Assembly: GCA_963713975.1 (NCBI GenBank)
Contig: OY970218.1
Span: 2,048,001 to 2,112,000 of the forward strand
Length of the DNA stretch: 64,000 nt
From: an uncultured Chloroflexia bacterium
Lineage (GTDB): Bacteria > Chloroflexota > Limnocylindria > Limnocylindrales > CSP1-4
Direction: 5' to 3'
The notes below the pieces were generated by a model. The model ran no database searches. It saw only the letters and a list, made by a program, of their open reading frames with translations, and was not told the origin of the DNA. Below are positions 49,052 through 58,363 of the stretch, piece by piece (position 1 is the stretch's first letter; each line of letters starts with the position of its first letter). The translations under genes were made by a program, and so were the position numbers.

Positions 49052-50110
49052 TCAGCCCTCCTCCGCGCCGGCAACGGCGGCGAAGCGCCAGTCGGAACGG
49101 CGCGAGATGCCGCGCAGCAGCCGGCCCAGGATGTCTGCCCCGGTGATGATCCGCCGCTGCTCGTCCGTCCAGACCAGGATGATGTCGTGGTCGATCACGT
49201 CGCCGCCGCGGCGGACCGGCCGGTGCTCCAGCATCCCCAGGAACTCGCCCAGGCGCGCGGCCGGATTCGTCACGATGATCGGCTGGTGGCAGAAGGGGCG
49301 GACATCCACTGCGCCCGGATCCATGACCGCCGCCCGGACGAGGCCATCGGCGTCGAGCGCATAGTGCGGCGTGCCGGCCGGATCGACGAGGACCACCCAC
49401 GGGTGCCCCGAGGCGTGGACGTCGTGCAGGAACTCGGGCCTGGTGTCGGCATCGAGATAGGGGAGCGCGAGGTCCTCGCCATCCCACGGCAGCGCGATGA
49501 TGCTGGCCGGATCGATCGGCTCTCCTTCCATCACGACCAGGATGTCGTCCAGGGCAAGGAAGTTCAGGGCGCCCGTGCCCTCGACCTCGTCGAGATCGGT
49601 GTCCTCTGCGGCGATGTGGGTGCGAAGGATCCGGCGCAGGTCCCGCTCGCCGAGATAGGTGACGGCCTCGCGACCAAGCCAGCGGTCGAGCATCAGCGCC
49701 GTCGGCTTCGCGACCGGGAAGAGGAGGATCTCGTAGGCCCGCAGGACGGGGGACAGCAGGGATGCCATCCGCAGGGCATGGCGGGAGAAGTAGGCCTGGG
49801 GCAGGATCTCGCCGCCGAACGTGATCAGGACGGTCGAGAACACGAAGGCGGCGAGCCCGGCCAGGACGGAGCTCGTCAGCAGGGTCAGCAGGACGTTGAT
49901 GCTGACGTTGCCCCACAGGATGGTCGCGAGCAGGAAGTTCGCGTCGGTCCGCAGGGCCAGCACCTGGCGCGCGGCGCGGCTGCCGTGGGCGACCTCCACC
50001 TCGAGCTGCAACCGGCTCAGGCTGAAGAACGCCAGGTTGAGGCCGGAGAACATCGCCGACTGCGAGATGCAGAACAGGATCCCCAGCCAGATGAGCAGGT
50101 CGCCGCTCAT
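49052..50110 (-). CDS. CNNM/DUF21 membrane protein
   Basis: SAMFSGLNLAFFS, LATILWGN, GEILPQ, degenerate CBS region. Confidence 0.88.
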   Translation of the reverse strand: MSGDLLIWLGILFCISQSAMFSGLNLAFFSLSRLQLEVEVAHGSRAARQVLALRTDANFLLATILWGNVSINVLLTLLTSSVLAGLAAFVFSTVLITFGGEILPQAYFSRHALRMASLLSPVLRAYEILLFPVAKPTALMLDRWLGREAVTYLGERDLRRILRTHIAAEDTDLDEVEGTGALNFLALDDILVVMEGEPIDPASIIALPWDGEDLALPYLDADTRPEFLHDVHASGHPWVVLVDPAGTPHYALDADGLVRAAVMDPGAVDVRPFCHQPIIVTNPAARLGEFLGMLEHRPVRRGGDVIDHDIILVWTDEQRRIITGADILGRLLRGISRRSDWRFAAVAGAEEG

Positions 50111-50290
50111 CGCGACTTCCCCCAGGCGTCGACGGGCGGGATGGACATCCAGCCGAGTATGGAGGTCCGCCGCCCCGCTGGTTGGTCGCGTGCGGAATCT
50201 GGCGTGGCCGGCGGCGACCTAGTGCGATGCTCTCCCTGGATTGCGGACCCGGCGCGGGTTCGCTACATGGTGTGGAGGCTGGCTCCGGCA

Positions 50291-51274
50291 GTGGATCGAT
50301 CCGCGACTCGGCATCGGGGAGAGCTGTTCGCTGCGCTCGCGGCGATGGGCTTCGGGTCCGCCTATGTCGCGACCTCGTTCGCGCTCCATGGTTTCGGGCC
50401 GCTGCCGGTCGCAGTCTGGCGCAGCGTCCTGGCCGCGGGGGCGCTCGGGCTCGTCCTGGTGGTCCGGCACCCCGGGACGGCCCCGTCCCCGTCCGCCGCC
50501 GTCGGGGCCGGTCTGGGCGTTCCCCCGCCGCTCACGGCGCGCGCGCTCCGGCTGCTCGTGGTCGCGACCTTCGGCGGGCCGCTGTTCCTGTCGGCCATGA
50601 GCCTCGCGATCGATCACGTGGGGGCGACCATCGCCGCCTTCGTGGCCGGCCTGTACGCGGTGCTGGCCGCGGTCATCGCGCCCGCCCTGCTGCCGGAGCG
50701 CCTGCCGGTACGGGTGCTGGCCGGATTCGTGCTCGCCCTGGCCGGCACGGCCCTGCTCGCGGAGCTCGACCCCGTCGGGACCGACGTGCCGGGCATGGGG
50801 TGGGGGCTCCTCGCCGCCGCCTCGTTCGCCCTGTACCTGGTGCTCGCCCGCCGCTGGTCCAGGCCCTACCGCCTCGATGGGCTGACCGTCGGGCTGGCCA
50901 ACGTGGTCCTGACGGCGCTCCTCCTGGGTTCGGCCATCCTGGTGCTCGATCCCGGGGCGCTGGTGCCGTCCGACCCGCCGCTCGATTCCATCCTCGCCCT
51001 GGCCTGGCTGGCCGCCGTGGCCGCCCTGGGACCGGTCCTCACGGTGGCGAGCGTGCGCCTGATCCCCGCGGCGCGCTCGTCGGCCTTCCTGCTCCTCAAC
51101 CCGATCACGGCGACGGTGCTGGCGGCCCTGCTGCTCGACGAGCGGGTGTCGCCGACCCAGCTCGCCGGCGCTCTGCTGGTGCTCGTCGGGATGGGCGCGG
51201 CGACGATCCCGGCCGGGGCGGGCCTTCGCCGGGCGCGGGCAGCCCGGGCTCGCCGATCGGGCGCCGGCGACTAG
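50291..51274 (+). CDS. DMT/EamA family transporter
   Basis: About 10 TM in two EamA repeats (LLPERL, LLDERV); alternative start at 50267. Confidence 0.88.
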   Translation: MDRSATRHRGELFAALAAMGFGSAYVATSFALHGFGPLPVAVWRSVLAAGALGLVLVVRHPGTAPSPSAAVGAGLGVPPPLTARALRLLVVATFGGPLFLSAMSLAIDHVGATIAAFVAGLYAVLAAVIAPALLPERLPVRVLAGFVLALAGTALLAELDPVGTDVPGMGWGLLAAASFALYLVLARRWSRPYRLDGLTVGLANVVLTALLLGSAILVLDPGALVPSDPPLDSILALAWLAAVAALGPVLTVASVRLIPAARSSAFLLLNPITATVLAALLLDERVSPTQLAGALLVLVGMGAATIPAGAGLRRARAARARRSGAGD

Positions 51275-51295
51275 GGCGGCGCACGCCCGCCCGGG

Positions 51296-53257
51296 TCAGG
51301 CGGCGACGACGCAGTTCCGCCCTGCCCGCTTGGCCATCGCGAGCGCGGTGTCCGCTCGCCGGATGAGCTCCTCGAGCGACTCTCCGGGACCGTCCGCGGC
51401 CGCACACCCGCTCGACACCGTCACCGCCAGCGAGTGTCCGTTGACGTCATGGATCGCGGTCGCGGCAAGCTTCGTCCTGATCTCCTCGGCGATCCGGGCC
51501 GCGTCGTCGATCGTCGCCCCGAGAAGAATGGCAACGAACTCCTCGCCGCCGTAGCGGGCAACGATGTCGGAGGCCCGGAGCCGGTACCGGAGGACCTCGC
51601 CGAACGCACGCAGTGCCTCGTCGCCGACCTGGTGTCCGTGGCGGTTGTTGAAGTCGCCGAAGAGGTCGAGGTCGAACATGATCACCGCGACAGGCCGGCC
51701 CTCGTTCCAGCCGTCCCGCGCGAGCCGGGCCCCGAGCCCGATCAGGGCCTCGTCGAAGTACCGGCGATTGTGCAGGCCGGTGAGCGCATCGCGGACCGCC
51801 AGCTCGGCCAGGCGCGCCCGCTCGAAGGCCAGCGCCAGTGCGGTGGCAACCCGGTCGGCGACGACCGTGACGGAGGCCAGGTCCCGCTCGTCGAGCCGAC
51901 GGCGATGCTCCACGTTGAGGAGGCCGAACAGCTCGCCGTTGGACAGGAGCGGCACCGCGATCTCGCTCGTCACGCTCGGGTCTGCCCGCAGGAACCCTGG
52001 ATCCGCCGCCACGTCGGGCAGGAATGCCGTCTCGCGGGTGCGCACGACCCTTGCCAGGACGCCGGCGCCGGGGGAGCCGGTGACCTCGAGGACCGGGTGC
52101 TCGTAGCCACGCTGGGCGCCCAGGCGCAGCAGCGTCTCGTCACCGGTGTAGATCGAGGGGTGGGTGTAGCCAAACACGTCGGCCAGGGCATCCACGACCG
52201 ACTGCAGCCCGGTCGCGGTCGGGCCCTCCGCCGCGAGGGTCCGCCCGATCATCTCGATCGCCTGCAGGCGGGTGAGCGCTTCGGCGGCCACGCGGCCGGA
52301 ATCGGCGAGGGAAGCCCGGTCGGCATCCCGCTCTGCCACGATCGCGGCGCCAGCGTCACCGCTGAGAGAGACCAGGGCCACGAAGACGGCGAGGTAGAGC
52401 AGCGTGCTCTCCCGGCTCGTCCCGACGAACGGCCCGATGCCCTGCGCGGTTGCTGCGATGGCGATCGTGGAGAAGATCAGGGCGGCGAGCGCGGTCCCCC
52501 GCGGCCCGATCCGGAAGGCGACCCACACGACCAGAGGGATGATCGGGAAGGCGACGGACTGCCCCGATGACGCGAGGTCGAGCAGGTCGAAGAAGAGCAC
52601 CACCGAGACCCCCGTGACCGCGCCCAGGGCGACGGCCGATTCGATGGGTCTCTGCCGCAGGTTGTCGAACACGGGGGGCGTGAGCCAGGTGAGCAGCACG
52701 GCCCCGATGACCAGGATGGAAAGGGCGTCACCGACCCACCAGCCCACCCAGGCGAGGGGGAGGCTGCCGCCGGCAATCGTCCCCGTGATGGCCAGGCCGG
52801 CAACGCCGATCGTCGCCCCGACCGCGGCCGGCAGCGCAGCGCCGGCGATCGCCAGCAGCGGGATGTCCACGAGGCGATCCAGTTGGGGCCGGAACGACGA
52901 GCGACGAAGCAGCTCGACCGCGAGGACGGCCTCGGCCGTCGCTCCCGTTGCGGCCATGGTGGCGGCCGCCGGCTCGACGTCGCCCGCAAGAGCGGCAAGC
53001 GCGGCCCCCAGCGCGATGCCAGGCCACAGGCGGCGACCGCCCAGATACAGCGCGGCCATCGCGATCCCGGCCGGCGGCCAGACCGGTGACGCGTTCGAGC
53101 CCACGAGGCCGTACGTGCTCCCGATCCGCGCCGCGAGGAAGTACGCGACGGCAAGCAGCATCGTCGCGGCGAGTGCGGACACCCAGGGCGCCCTGGTCGT
53201 CACCCGGTGGAGCCGGTTGCCGAGCCCGCCGCGCTGGAGCCTGCCGATCGATGTCAT
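51296..53257 (-). CDS. MASE1-GAF-GGDEF diguanylate cyclase
   Basis: SPVWPPAG and WWVGD (MASE1), SEIAVPL (GAF), DALTGLHNRR, I-site RASD, RYGGEEF; ATGA overlap with the EAL ORF. Confidence 0.92.
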   Translation of the reverse strand: MTSIGRLQRGGLGNRLHRVTTRAPWVSALAATMLLAVAYFLAARIGSTYGLVGSNASPVWPPAGIAMAALYLGGRRLWPGIALGAALAALAGDVEPAAATMAATGATAEAVLAVELLRRSSFRPQLDRLVDIPLLAIAGAALPAAVGATIGVAGLAITGTIAGGSLPLAWVGWWVGDALSILVIGAVLLTWLTPPVFDNLRQRPIESAVALGAVTGVSVVLFFDLLDLASSGQSVAFPIIPLVVWVAFRIGPRGTALAALIFSTIAIAATAQGIGPFVGTSRESTLLYLAVFVALVSLSGDAGAAIVAERDADRASLADSGRVAAEALTRLQAIEMIGRTLAAEGPTATGLQSVVDALADVFGYTHPSIYTGDETLLRLGAQRGYEHPVLEVTGSPGAGVLARVVRTRETAFLPDVAADPGFLRADPSVTSEIAVPLLSNGELFGLLNVEHRRRLDERDLASVTVVADRVATALALAFERARLAELAVRDALTGLHNRRYFDEALIGLGARLARDGWNEGRPVAVIMFDLDLFGDFNNRHGHQVGDEALRAFGEVLRYRLRASDIVARYGGEEFVAILLGATIDDAARIAEEIRTKLAATAIHDVNGHSLAVTVSSGCAAADGPGESLEELIRRADTALAMAKRAGRNCVVAA

Positions 53258-53826
53258 GACGGCTGCCTGGATGCGGAACCCTCCGCCGTCCATGCTCCGG
53301 CAGGGCTCGGCCGTCCGAGGAGGAAGCCCTGGCCGAGGGCAACACCGAGCGAACGCAGCGTCTCCAGCTCGGCCGCGGTCTCGATCCCCTCGGCGATGAC
53401 CTCCGAGCGGGCGCCGACCGCGAAGTGCGCGAGCCCCCCGACCATCGCCTGTCGGGTCGGGTCGGCGTCGACCTGGCGCACGAGGCTGCAGTCGAGCTTC
53501 AGGTACTGAGGCCGGAGCTCCACGACGTGCCGGAGGCTCGCGAACCCGGATCCCGCGTCGTCGACGGCGAGGCTGACCCGTGGCCCGAGACGGCCGATCG
53601 CCTCGCGGACCGCCCGGTAGTCGTCGATCTGCGTTCGCTCGGTCAGCTCCAGGACGATCCGGCGTCGCTGGTGTCCGAGCAGCCCCACGAGCGTCTCGGT
53701 CGTCTCCAGGAGCACCTTGGGCGAGATGTTCAGGCTGAGCCAGGCCGCTGGCTCGACCCCGGTCTCGCGCCCGTTCACGAGCGTGAGTGACCGTGGCTCC
53801 GAGCCAGGACGAAGTTCGATTGCCAT
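53254..53826 (-). pseudogene. N-terminally truncated EAL domain protein
   Basis: LNISP, LELTE, AVDDAGSG, LKLD, AEGIET and GQGFLLGRP present; QPIV/EAL segment absent. Confidence 0.7.
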
Positions 53827-54061
53827 CCGTGACCGTGCTTCCAGCTGCGGGTCCCCGTCGAACGACCGGCGTTCGTCCCCTTGCCCCACAGTCGCGACTG
53901 GGGTGCCCGAGGGCATGCCGTCGGTGCGCGCGGACACCAATCTGATCGTCGGGGGCCGAGCGCGGCCCGCGCACGACCCGGATAGGCCGATCAGGCCGGG
54001 CGATAGTCCTACGTCGCGACCTGGGGACCGCGGTCCGTCGGCGACCCGATAGCATCGGGGC

Positions 54062-55174
54062 ATGGATGCCACGACCGGGCTGCTGTTCGTCGGGGGCCTG
54101 GTCCTGCTCGTTGGTGGGGCGGAGGTCATGGTGCGGGGCGCAAGCCGGCTCGCGAGCGCCCTGGGGGTCAGTCCGCTCGTGGTCGGCCTGACCGTCGTCG
54201 CGTTCGGGACCAGCGCTCCCGAGCTGGCCGTCAGCGTGTCCTCGGCGGTCGGCGGCAGCGCGGACATCGCCGTGGGCAATGTCGTCGGCAGCAATATCGC
54301 CAACGTGCTCCTGGTCCTCGGCCTGGCCGCCATGGTCATGCCGGTCGCGGCCGGGGTTCAGCTCGTCCGCCGCGAGGTGCCGCTCATGATCGCGGCCTCG
54401 ATCGCGCTGTGGCTCATGGCCATCGGCGGCGAGATCACCCGCCTCGAGGGCGTGCTCCTGTGCGTCGGGATCGTCGTCTACACGGTCTTCCTGGTCCGGG
54501 CCAGCCGACGCGAGGCACCGGCCATTCGCGCCGAGTTCTCGGAGGAGTACGGCGCCGGTGCCGGAATGGGGTGGCGCGTCGTGGTCGTGAACCTGGCGCT
54601 CGTCGGGATAGGGCTGGCCATGCTCGTCGTCGGTGCCGACTGGATCGTGGATGGTGCCGTGGCGTTCGCGACGAGCCTCGGGATCCCGGAGCTCATCGTC
54701 GGCCTCACGATCGTCGCCGTCGGGACGTCTCTGCCCGAGATGGCGACATCGGTGCTCGCCGGCATCCGTGGGCACCGCGACATCGCCGTCGGCAATGTGG
54801 TTGGCAGCTGCATCTTCAACGTCCTGATGGTCCTTGGGGCCGCAGCGCTCGTGTCCCCGGAGCCGGTCCCCGTGTCTCCGGCGCTGCTGACCGTGGACCT
54901 GCCCCTCATGGTCGCGGCTGCCGTCGGCTGCCTGCCGATCCTGTACACGGGTCAGATCGTCACCCGGCGCGAGGGCGTGCTCCTGGTCGGCGTCTACGTG
55001 GCATATCTCGCATACCTGGTCCTGCTCGCGATCGAAGCCCCGCGAGCTGGTTTGTTCGGCCAGGTGCTGATGCTGGCGATCGTTCCGCTCACAGGAGTCG
55101 CGCTGGTCTCACTGTCCCTCCGGGAGCGCTCCATGCGCCGGACTGTTTCAGCCGACCCGCAGCCGGGGACCTGA
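54062..55174 (+). CDS. Calcium/sodium antiporter (YrbG family)
   Basis: Two alpha repeats GTSAPE and GTSLPE with GNVVGS. Confidence 0.93.
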   Translation: MDATTGLLFVGGLVLLVGGAEVMVRGASRLASALGVSPLVVGLTVVAFGTSAPELAVSVSSAVGGSADIAVGNVVGSNIANVLLVLGLAAMVMPVAAGVQLVRREVPLMIAASIALWLMAIGGEITRLEGVLLCVGIVVYTVFLVRASRREAPAIRAEFSEEYGAGAGMGWRVVVVNLALVGIGLAMLVVGADWIVDGAVAFATSLGIPELIVGLTIVAVGTSLPEMATSVLAGIRGHRDIAVGNVVGSCIFNVLMVLGAAALVSPEPVPVSPALLTVDLPLMVAAAVGCLPILYTGQIVTRREGVLLVGVYVAYLAYLVLLAIEAPRAGLFGQVLMLAIVPLTGVALVSLSLRERSMRRTVSADPQPGT

Positions 55175-55227
55175 TCGGGGCGAGTCCGACGGGCGACCGG
55201 CCTCACCCAGGTTCGTCCCCGACCGTC

Positions 55228-55345
55228 CGTTGCCGGCAGGTCCAGCAGCGCAGAAGAGCCGGCCGTATGCCTGCTGCTCCATGAGCGTGATCGAGCCCTT
55301 CCGTGCCGCCTGGACCCGACGGATCACCTCGTCGGCGTCCGAAAC
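55228..55345 (-). pseudogene. Degenerate VOC/glyoxalase-like gene remnant
   Basis: Minus frame reads VSDADEVIRRVQAARKGSITLMEQQAYGRLFCAAGPAGN; in-frame stop upstream at 55406. Confidence 0.4.
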
Positions 55346-55554
55346 GGACGCTGTCCGCCGGGATGCCGGAGTGGTCGATCCCGCCGCGGCAGGCGATGGC
55401 GAGCGTCAGCAGACCCCGATCCCCACCTGGATCACCCCACGCTCGGAGGTGCTGCCGCTGATGCCCACGTGACTCAAGGGCAGGTCATGGGCCGGACCCA
55501 TCGAAGCTCCGCCGACCAGGCCGGTTGACGGCCGATAGGGACGTCGGCCGGCCG

Positions 55555-56175
55555 TCAGCGCTCCGCCTCCAGCTCCCTCGTCGCGACGATGCACAGCCGG
55601 CGCATACCCGCGCAGTCCTGGCGGTTGTGCTCCACCAGGCGATCCCACGCCGCGAGCTGCCGGGGGCTCGGGCGCCCAGCCCGCTCGAGCGTCGCGCGGA
55701 GCGAGGTGAGCGTCGCCCCGACATGCCCAGCTTCCGCGTCGGTGGGGACCTCCCAGCCCACGAGCTCGAGCCAGCTGTACAGGGTGCGTTCCTCCGGCTT
55801 GGCGCCGCCGTGGAGCCGGTTGCGCCAGTACTGCGCCACGCCATACGCGTTCACGTACCGCCCCTCGAACCGTGCGACGAGGTCGGAATCGGCGGCACAG
55901 TCGCGCCGGACGACCTTGAGCTCGTGCTCGGTCCACGCGACGATCGGGACGTCGCGGTGCTCGGCCCGGCGAAGGACGTTGCGGACGGCCTCGAGCAACG
56001 GGAAGTAGCGCGGGACCAGGCCGCCGAACACGGGGTCCGTCACGTCCTGCTGGACGTACGGCCGGGCGCCCCGACCACGGCGGTGGACCCCCAGGAGCAC
56101 GGGCGGCTGGTCCTTGTTGCCCTCGAAGTCGATGTACAACGCCCGAAGGGCATCGGCCGCCGACAGGCGGTCCAT
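55555..56175 (-). CDS. RNase H-like (DEDD/YprB-type) exonuclease-fold protein
   Basis: LYIDFEG (DxE), IVAW...E, C-terminal HNRQDC. Confidence 0.65.
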   Translation of the reverse strand: MDRLSAADALRALYIDFEGNKDQPPVLLGVHRRGRGARPYVQQDVTDPVFGGLVPRYFPLLEAVRNVLRRAEHRDVPIVAWTEHELKVVRRDCAADSDLVARFEGRYVNAYGVAQYWRNRLHGGAKPEERTLYSWLELVGWEVPTDAEAGHVGATLTSLRATLERAGRPSPRQLAAWDRLVEHNRQDCAGMRRLCIVATRELEAER

Positions 56176-56194
56176 CCTGTGAGTGGCGATGAGG

Positions 56195-56593
56195 TCAGTC
56201 AAAGGACACCATCGGGCCGTTGGGATCCACGTCCCAGAGCTCGCTCGTTGACCGGCATTCCGGGCAGCGGGCAGGGGCGTCGTAGCGGAAGGTCCCGCCA
56301 CACTTGCAGGCCTCCAGCGTCGCCTCCGCAGCGGTGTGGTACTCGCCCCTGGTGAGGGGCTTGCCCGGGTACTCCGCCTGGATCCTGCGGTCCATGTCGC
56401 GGCGAGCCACGGCGTACGGGCCCGGCAGGCCCTTCACGAACCCGAGGTGGATGTCACCCAGGTCCTGGTGGCTGACCGACCGCGTCGCGCCGCAGGTGTC
56501 GCAGTGGAGCAGGTCGAAGAAGAAGCCGCCGCCATCGCTGGACATGAATCGTGCGCCGCACGGCCGGCAGATGAACCCTGATGCACTTCCCAT
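56195..56593 (-). CDS. Cys-rich putative zinc-binding protein
   Basis: CRPC, CDTC, CKC, CPEC; GGGAGG RBS. Confidence 0.8.
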   Translation of the reverse strand: MGSASGFICRPCGARFMSSDGGGFFFDLLHCDTCGATRSVSHQDLGDIHLGFVKGLPGPYAVARRDMDRRIQAEYPGKPLTRGEYHTAAEATLEACKCGGTFRYDAPARCPECRSTSELWDVDPNGPMVSFD

Positions 56594-56673
56594 GTGTTGC
56601 CTCCCTTGAAGCAGTCGCTCCGTCCGGACCCGTTCCGGCGGTCTTGCTGCAACTGCCTCCTACCCTGTAGTGC

Positions 56674-56764
56674 AGGCTGTCAAGGGGGTGGCAACGTAGT
56701 TGCCCGCGATCCCGGGCGCCCGCGCACGCGAGGGCGCACACGCGCGAACGCCCTTTGACAGCCT
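56674..56764. repeat. 14-bp imperfect inverted repeat containing outward-facing TTGACA
   Basis: aggctgtcaagggg (56674-56687) and ccctttgacagcct (56751-56764), 13/14 complementary. Confidence 0.6.
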
Positions 56765-56795
56765 AGGTGGCACGGCCCGGGGCGAGGATGGCCCC

Positions 56796-57629
56796 GTGAC
56801 CGAGACCATCGCACCCCCCGACCTGGCGACGCTGCCGCTGCCGGCGCGCGAGAGCCACTCCTCGCTCTCCACCTACGCGGCCTGCCCGCGCCGCTATGCG
56901 TTCCGGTATGTGGAGCACCTGCCGGGCGAGGTGCCGCACTGGTGGTTCACCTTCGGGTCCGCCGTCCACCGCGCCTTCGAGGCGTTCGGCCGGGCGACGA
57001 TGCGTGCCCGGTGTGACGGGACGCCCGATCCAGGCCTGGACGTGCTCGAGCGGACGTTCGGCGAGGCGATCGATGGCGCCGGCCTCGAACCTGACGAGGC
57101 CGCCCGCTACCGCGCCCGCAGCGTGCCCGTCCTGGCGGCCTACCTGGAGCGGGCCTCCATGTCGGACGCGGAGCCCGTCGGGGTGGAGCTCGGCTTCGGC
57201 ATCGACGTCCCGGTGGCCGGTGATGAGCCCACCGTCCGCTTCGTCGGCTATATCGACCGCATCGACCGGCGGCCCGATGGCGCCATCGAGATCATCGACC
57301 ACAAGACCGGGAAGGAGCGATCCCAGGAGGCCGTGAACCGGGATCGCCAGCTCACCGCCTACGCCTTCGCCTGCGCCCGTGGCGGCCTGCGTGACCCCGG
57401 GACCGGGGAGGTCCTGCCGGGAGCCGCGCGCCTCGGGCTCCACTTCGCCGAGACCGGCCACATGGTCTGGACGACCCGGTCGGCGGAGGAGATCGATGCC
57501 TTCGGGGTCCGCCTCGTCGGCGACGTCGGCGCCATCCGCCGGCGGGAGTTCGACCCGAAGCCAGGCACGGCGTGCCGGTGGTGCGAGTACCGCGCGACGT
57601 GCCCGGATGCCGCACCATTGCCGTCATGA
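56796..57629 (+). CDS. PD-(D/E)XK RecB/AddB/Cas4-like nuclease with four Cys (Fe-S staple)
   Basis: SHSSLSTYAACPRRY, GSAVH, GYIDRID, IIDHKTG, QLTAY, CRWCEYRATC. Confidence 0.9.
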   Translation: MTETIAPPDLATLPLPARESHSSLSTYAACPRRYAFRYVEHLPGEVPHWWFTFGSAVHRAFEAFGRATMRARCDGTPDPGLDVLERTFGEAIDGAGLEPDEAARYRARSVPVLAAYLERASMSDAEPVGVELGFGIDVPVAGDEPTVRFVGYIDRIDRRPDGAIEIIDHKTGKERSQEAVNRDRQLTAYAFACARGGLRDPGTGEVLPGAARLGLHFAETGHMVWTTRSAEEIDAFGVRLVGDVGAIRRREFDPKPGTACRWCEYRATCPDAAPLPS

Positions 57630-58318
57630 GCCGTGCCGTGGCAGCCCCGACAGATCGACGCACGTTCCCGCGCGTCCTCGTGCTGGCCCTGCTGCTCGCG
57701 GCGATCGCGGCGGGCACCTTCCCGGCCGCCCAGGCATCGGCGGCGACCAAGGTGTCCGGCACCGCGCTCGCCCTGCTGGGCCGGCTCGCCACGAAGGCGG
57801 AGCACGGCAAGGGCTACGCCCGCAGCAAGTTCCAGCTGTGGATCGATGCGGACCGGGACGGCTGCGACACCCGGGACGAGGTCCTCATCGTGGAGTCGAA
57901 GAGGCCCGTGCGGATCGGATCCGGCTGCCGGATCTATGGGGGGAAGTGGTACTCCGCCTACGACGGCAGGTGGACCACCAACCCGTCCACGTTCGACATC
58001 GACCACGTCGTCGCGCTCAAGGAGGCCTGGGACTCCGGTGCCTGGAAGTGGACCAAGGCGCGCCGCCGGGCCTATGCCAACGACCTCGGCAGCGGCCGCT
58101 CCCTGCGGGCGGTGACCGCCTCCTCCAACCGCTCCAAGTCGGACCGGGACCCGGCGCAGTGGCTCCCGAACCGGGTCTCGTTCCGCTGCACCTACGCCAC
58201 CCAGTGGGTCGCGACCAAGGTTCGCTGGCACCTGGCCGTGAACGCCGCCGAGCGCCGCGCGCTGCACAGGATCCTGAGCTCGTGTCCGGCGAGGACGATC
58301 ACGGTCTCGATCGTCTGA
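57626..58318 (+). CDS. Secreted HNH endonuclease (DUF1524-type)
   Basis: Signal peptide, DGCDTRDEVL, DIDHVVAL.EAW.SGA, ANDL, NRSKSD.DP..WLP. Confidence 0.9.
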   Translation: MSRAVAAPTDRRTFPRVLVLALLLAAIAAGTFPAAQASAATKVSGTALALLGRLATKAEHGKGYARSKFQLWIDADRDGCDTRDEVLIVESKRPVRIGSGCRIYGGKWYSAYDGRWTTNPSTFDIDHVVALKEAWDSGAWKWTKARRRAYANDLGSGRSLRAVTASSNRSKSDRDPAQWLPNRVSFRCTYATQWVATKVRWHLAVNAAERRALHRILSSCPARTITVSIV

Positions 58319-58363
58319 TCGCGGCGGCCCCGATGGCACGGGAGGGCCCGTGGGTCGCGAGGG

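Noticed and set aside
51296-54775. 1159-aa giant GGDEF fusion in the ORF track
   Set aside because: The upstream ~500 aa are antisense to the Ca/Na antiporter and out of frame over the EAL ORF; the likely start is 53257.
56796-57629. Cas4 or a CRISPR system
   Set aside because: No cas1/cas2 and no repeat-spacer array seen in the window.
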